From NCBI GenBank assembly GCA_964242815.1, contig CAXSZV010000014.1, positions 4,994 to 68,993 of the forward strand: a DNA stretch of 64,000 bases, in the 5' to 3' direction. Below the pieces are notes generated by a model. That model did no database searches. It was given only the letters and a program-made list of their open reading frames with translations, and was not told the DNA's origin. This DNA is from an uncultured Novosphingobium sp. Lineage in GTDB: Bacteria; Pseudomonadota; Alphaproteobacteria; Sphingomonadales; Sphingomonadaceae. The translations under genes and the position numbers were made by a program. Each line of letters starts with the position of its first letter. Within the stretch, counting starts at the first letter, position 1. This document shows positions 62,189 to 64,000 of the stretch, piece by piece.

Positions 62189-63517
62189 ATGGTCCCCCGT
62201 TATGCCCGCCCCGCGATGACCGCGATCTGGGAGGCGGAGGCGCGTTATCGGATCTGGTTCGAGATCGAGGCGCATGCGACCGACAAGCTCGGCGAGCTCG
62301 GCGTCGTACCGACGAGCGCGGGCAAGGCGCTGTGGGACTGGTGGGCGACGGACCCCACGATCGACGTTGAGGCTATCGACGCGATCGAGGCGGTGACGAA
62401 GCACGACGTGATCGCGTTCCTGACGTGGGTGTCCGAACAGGTGTCCGCGCATTCGGGCGGCGACCTCGCGCGCTTCATGCATCAGGGGATGACCAGTTCG
62501 GACGTGCTCGACACCACGCTGTCGGTGCAGCTCGCGCGCGCATCGGACCTGCTGCTTGCCGATCTCGACGGCTTGCTCGCCGCGCTGAAGCGCCGCGCGA
62601 TCGAGCACCGGCATACGCCGACGATCGGCCGCAGCCACGGCATCCATGCCGAGCCGACCACCTTCGGGCTAAAGCTCGCGCAGGCCCATGCCGAGTTCGC
62701 TCGGGCGAAGGCGCGGCTGATCTCGGCGCGCGCCGAGATCGCCACTTGCGCGATATCGGGCGCAGTCGGCACTTTCGCCAACATCGATCCGGCGGTGGAG
62801 GAATACGTCGCGGACAAGCTCGGCCTGGCGATAGAGCCGGTCAGCACGCAGGTGATCCCGCGCGATCGGCATGCGATGTTCTTTGCGACATTGGGCGTGA
62901 TCGCCAGCTCGATCGAGCGGCTGGCGACCGAGATACGCCACCTGCAGCGCACCGAGGTGCTCGAGGTCGAGGAGTATTTCGCGCCCGGTCAGAAGGGCAG
63001 CAGCGCGATGCCGCACAAGCGCAATCCAGTCCTGACCGAGAACCTGACCGGGCTCGCCCGCATGGTCCGGTCAGCGGTGACGCCCGCGCTGGAAAACGTC
63101 GCGCTGTGGCACGAGCGCGACATCTCGCATTCGTCGGTCGAACGCTTCATCGGCCCCGACGCGACGATCACGCTGGATTTCGCGCTGGCGCGGCTGACCG
63201 GGGTGGTCGACAAGCTGCTGATCTATCCCGAGCGGATGCGGCGCAACCTCGATCGCATGGGCGGCCTCGTCCATTCGCAGCGCGTACTGCTCGCGCTGAC
63301 GCAGGCGGGGATCAGCCGCGAGGACGCCTATGCGCTCGTGCAGCGCAACGCGATGAAGGTGTGGGACAGCGACGGCGCGCTGTCGCTGCTCGATCTGCTC
63401 AAGGCCGATCCGCAAGTCGCGGCGCGGGTGCCGGCGGCCGAGCTGGAGGAGAAGTTCGGGCTCGACTATCACTTCGTGGCTGTCGACCGCATCTTCGCCC
63501 GCGTGTTCGGCGAGTAG
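62189..63517 (+). CDS. purB: Adenylosuccinate lyase
   Basis: MVPRYARP, TKHDVIAF, HQGMTSSD, GRSHGIHAEP, GSSAMPHKRNP. Confidence 0.98.
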   Translation: MVPRYARPAMTAIWEAEARYRIWFEIEAHATDKLGELGVVPTSAGKALWDWWATDPTIDVEAIDAIEAVTKHDVIAFLTWVSEQVSAHSGGDLARFMHQGMTSSDVLDTTLSVQLARASDLLLADLDGLLAALKRRAIEHRHTPTIGRSHGIHAEPTTFGLKLAQAHAEFARAKARLISARAEIATCAISGAVGTFANIDPAVEEYVADKLGLAIEPVSTQVIPRDRHAMFFATLGVIASSIERLATEIRHLQRTEVLEVEEYFAPGQKGSSAMPHKRNPVLTENLTGLARMVRSAVTPALENVALWHERDISHSSVERFIGPDATITLDFALARLTGVVDKLLIYPERMRRNLDRMGGLVHSQRVLLALTQAGISREDAYALVQRNAMKVWDSDGALSLLDLLKADPQVAARVPAAELEEKFGLDYHFVAVDRIFARVFGE

Positions 63518-63654
63518 GCGCAGCATGGTGGAGGGGTAGGGCTTCGCGCCGCACAGCTCGCAGTTGATCAGGCGCGCCGGGGAGGACAGCCCGCACCCTT
63601 CCCATAGCCGCGAACCGTGGCTACCATCGGCACGATAAAGGAGGACGCGAGGCC

Positions 63655-63999
63655 ATGCAGATCATCCGCACGATCCTGTGGATCGCGCTCACCGCCATCC
63701 TGGTCGCGTTCATCGCAATGAACTGGGAGCCCGCGCCGGTGAATTTCTGGCCGTTGCAGCAAAGCTACCTGCATTTCGTCTGGCCGGTCGGCGTGATCGC
63801 GCTGGTGTTCTTCCTGCTCGGTCTGCTGCCGATGTACCTCGTGCATCGCGCGGCGCGCTGGCAGCTGCATCGCCGGATCGGCAGCCTCGAAAACACGCTC
63901 GCCGCCACTGCGCCGCCCGCGCCCCTGATCACGCCATCGGTCGCCGCGACGACGTACGCCGATATCGGCGCGACGCAGAGCGAGCGGCCGCTGGCGTGA
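63655..63999 (+). CDS. LapA/DUF1049-family small membrane protein
   Basis: Two TM helices (FIAMNW..V.VNF) followed by a short helix and a low-complexity tail. Confidence 0.75.
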   Translation: MQIIRTILWIALTAILVAFIAMNWEPAPVNFWPLQQSYLHFVWPVGVIALVFFLLGLLPMYLVHRAARWQLHRRIGSLENTLAATAPPAPLITPSVAATTYADIGATQSERPLA

Positions 64000-64000
64000 A

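Overview
High-GC alphaproteobacterial chromosome segment. It is most likely from Sphingomonadales, inferred from gene content: a stand-alone F0 ATP synthase operon, chpT, ATP12, an MCE/Mla-type operon and alpha-type rnpB. Most of it is housekeeping: guaB, gatCAB, rpsU, valS, queE, nhaA, rnpB, chpT, cysE, purM/purN/purB, dinB, ku-ligD, atpI-B-E-b'-b, ydbH-ynbE-ydbL and radC. No integrase, transposase, prophage, CRISPR array, tRNA or rRNA was seen. Four features stand out. (1) A family of short GC-rich palindromic repeats lies just after stop codons and is also inserted in frame inside valS and ligD, where it is translated. (2) Four isolated lower-GC single genes split conserved neighbourhoods with no mobility gene nearby; the strongest is a roughly 40-45% GC beta-helix (pectate lyase/tailspike-like) gene between gatA and gatB. 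(3) An NfrB-like processive glycosyltransferase lacking the MshEN domain is coupled to a probable outer-membrane barrel gene, a candidate minimal surface-glycan system. (4) PurN is fused to an MmcQ/YjbR domain. Family assignments come from motif recognition only, GC values are hand counts of a few lines, and some start codons are best guesses.
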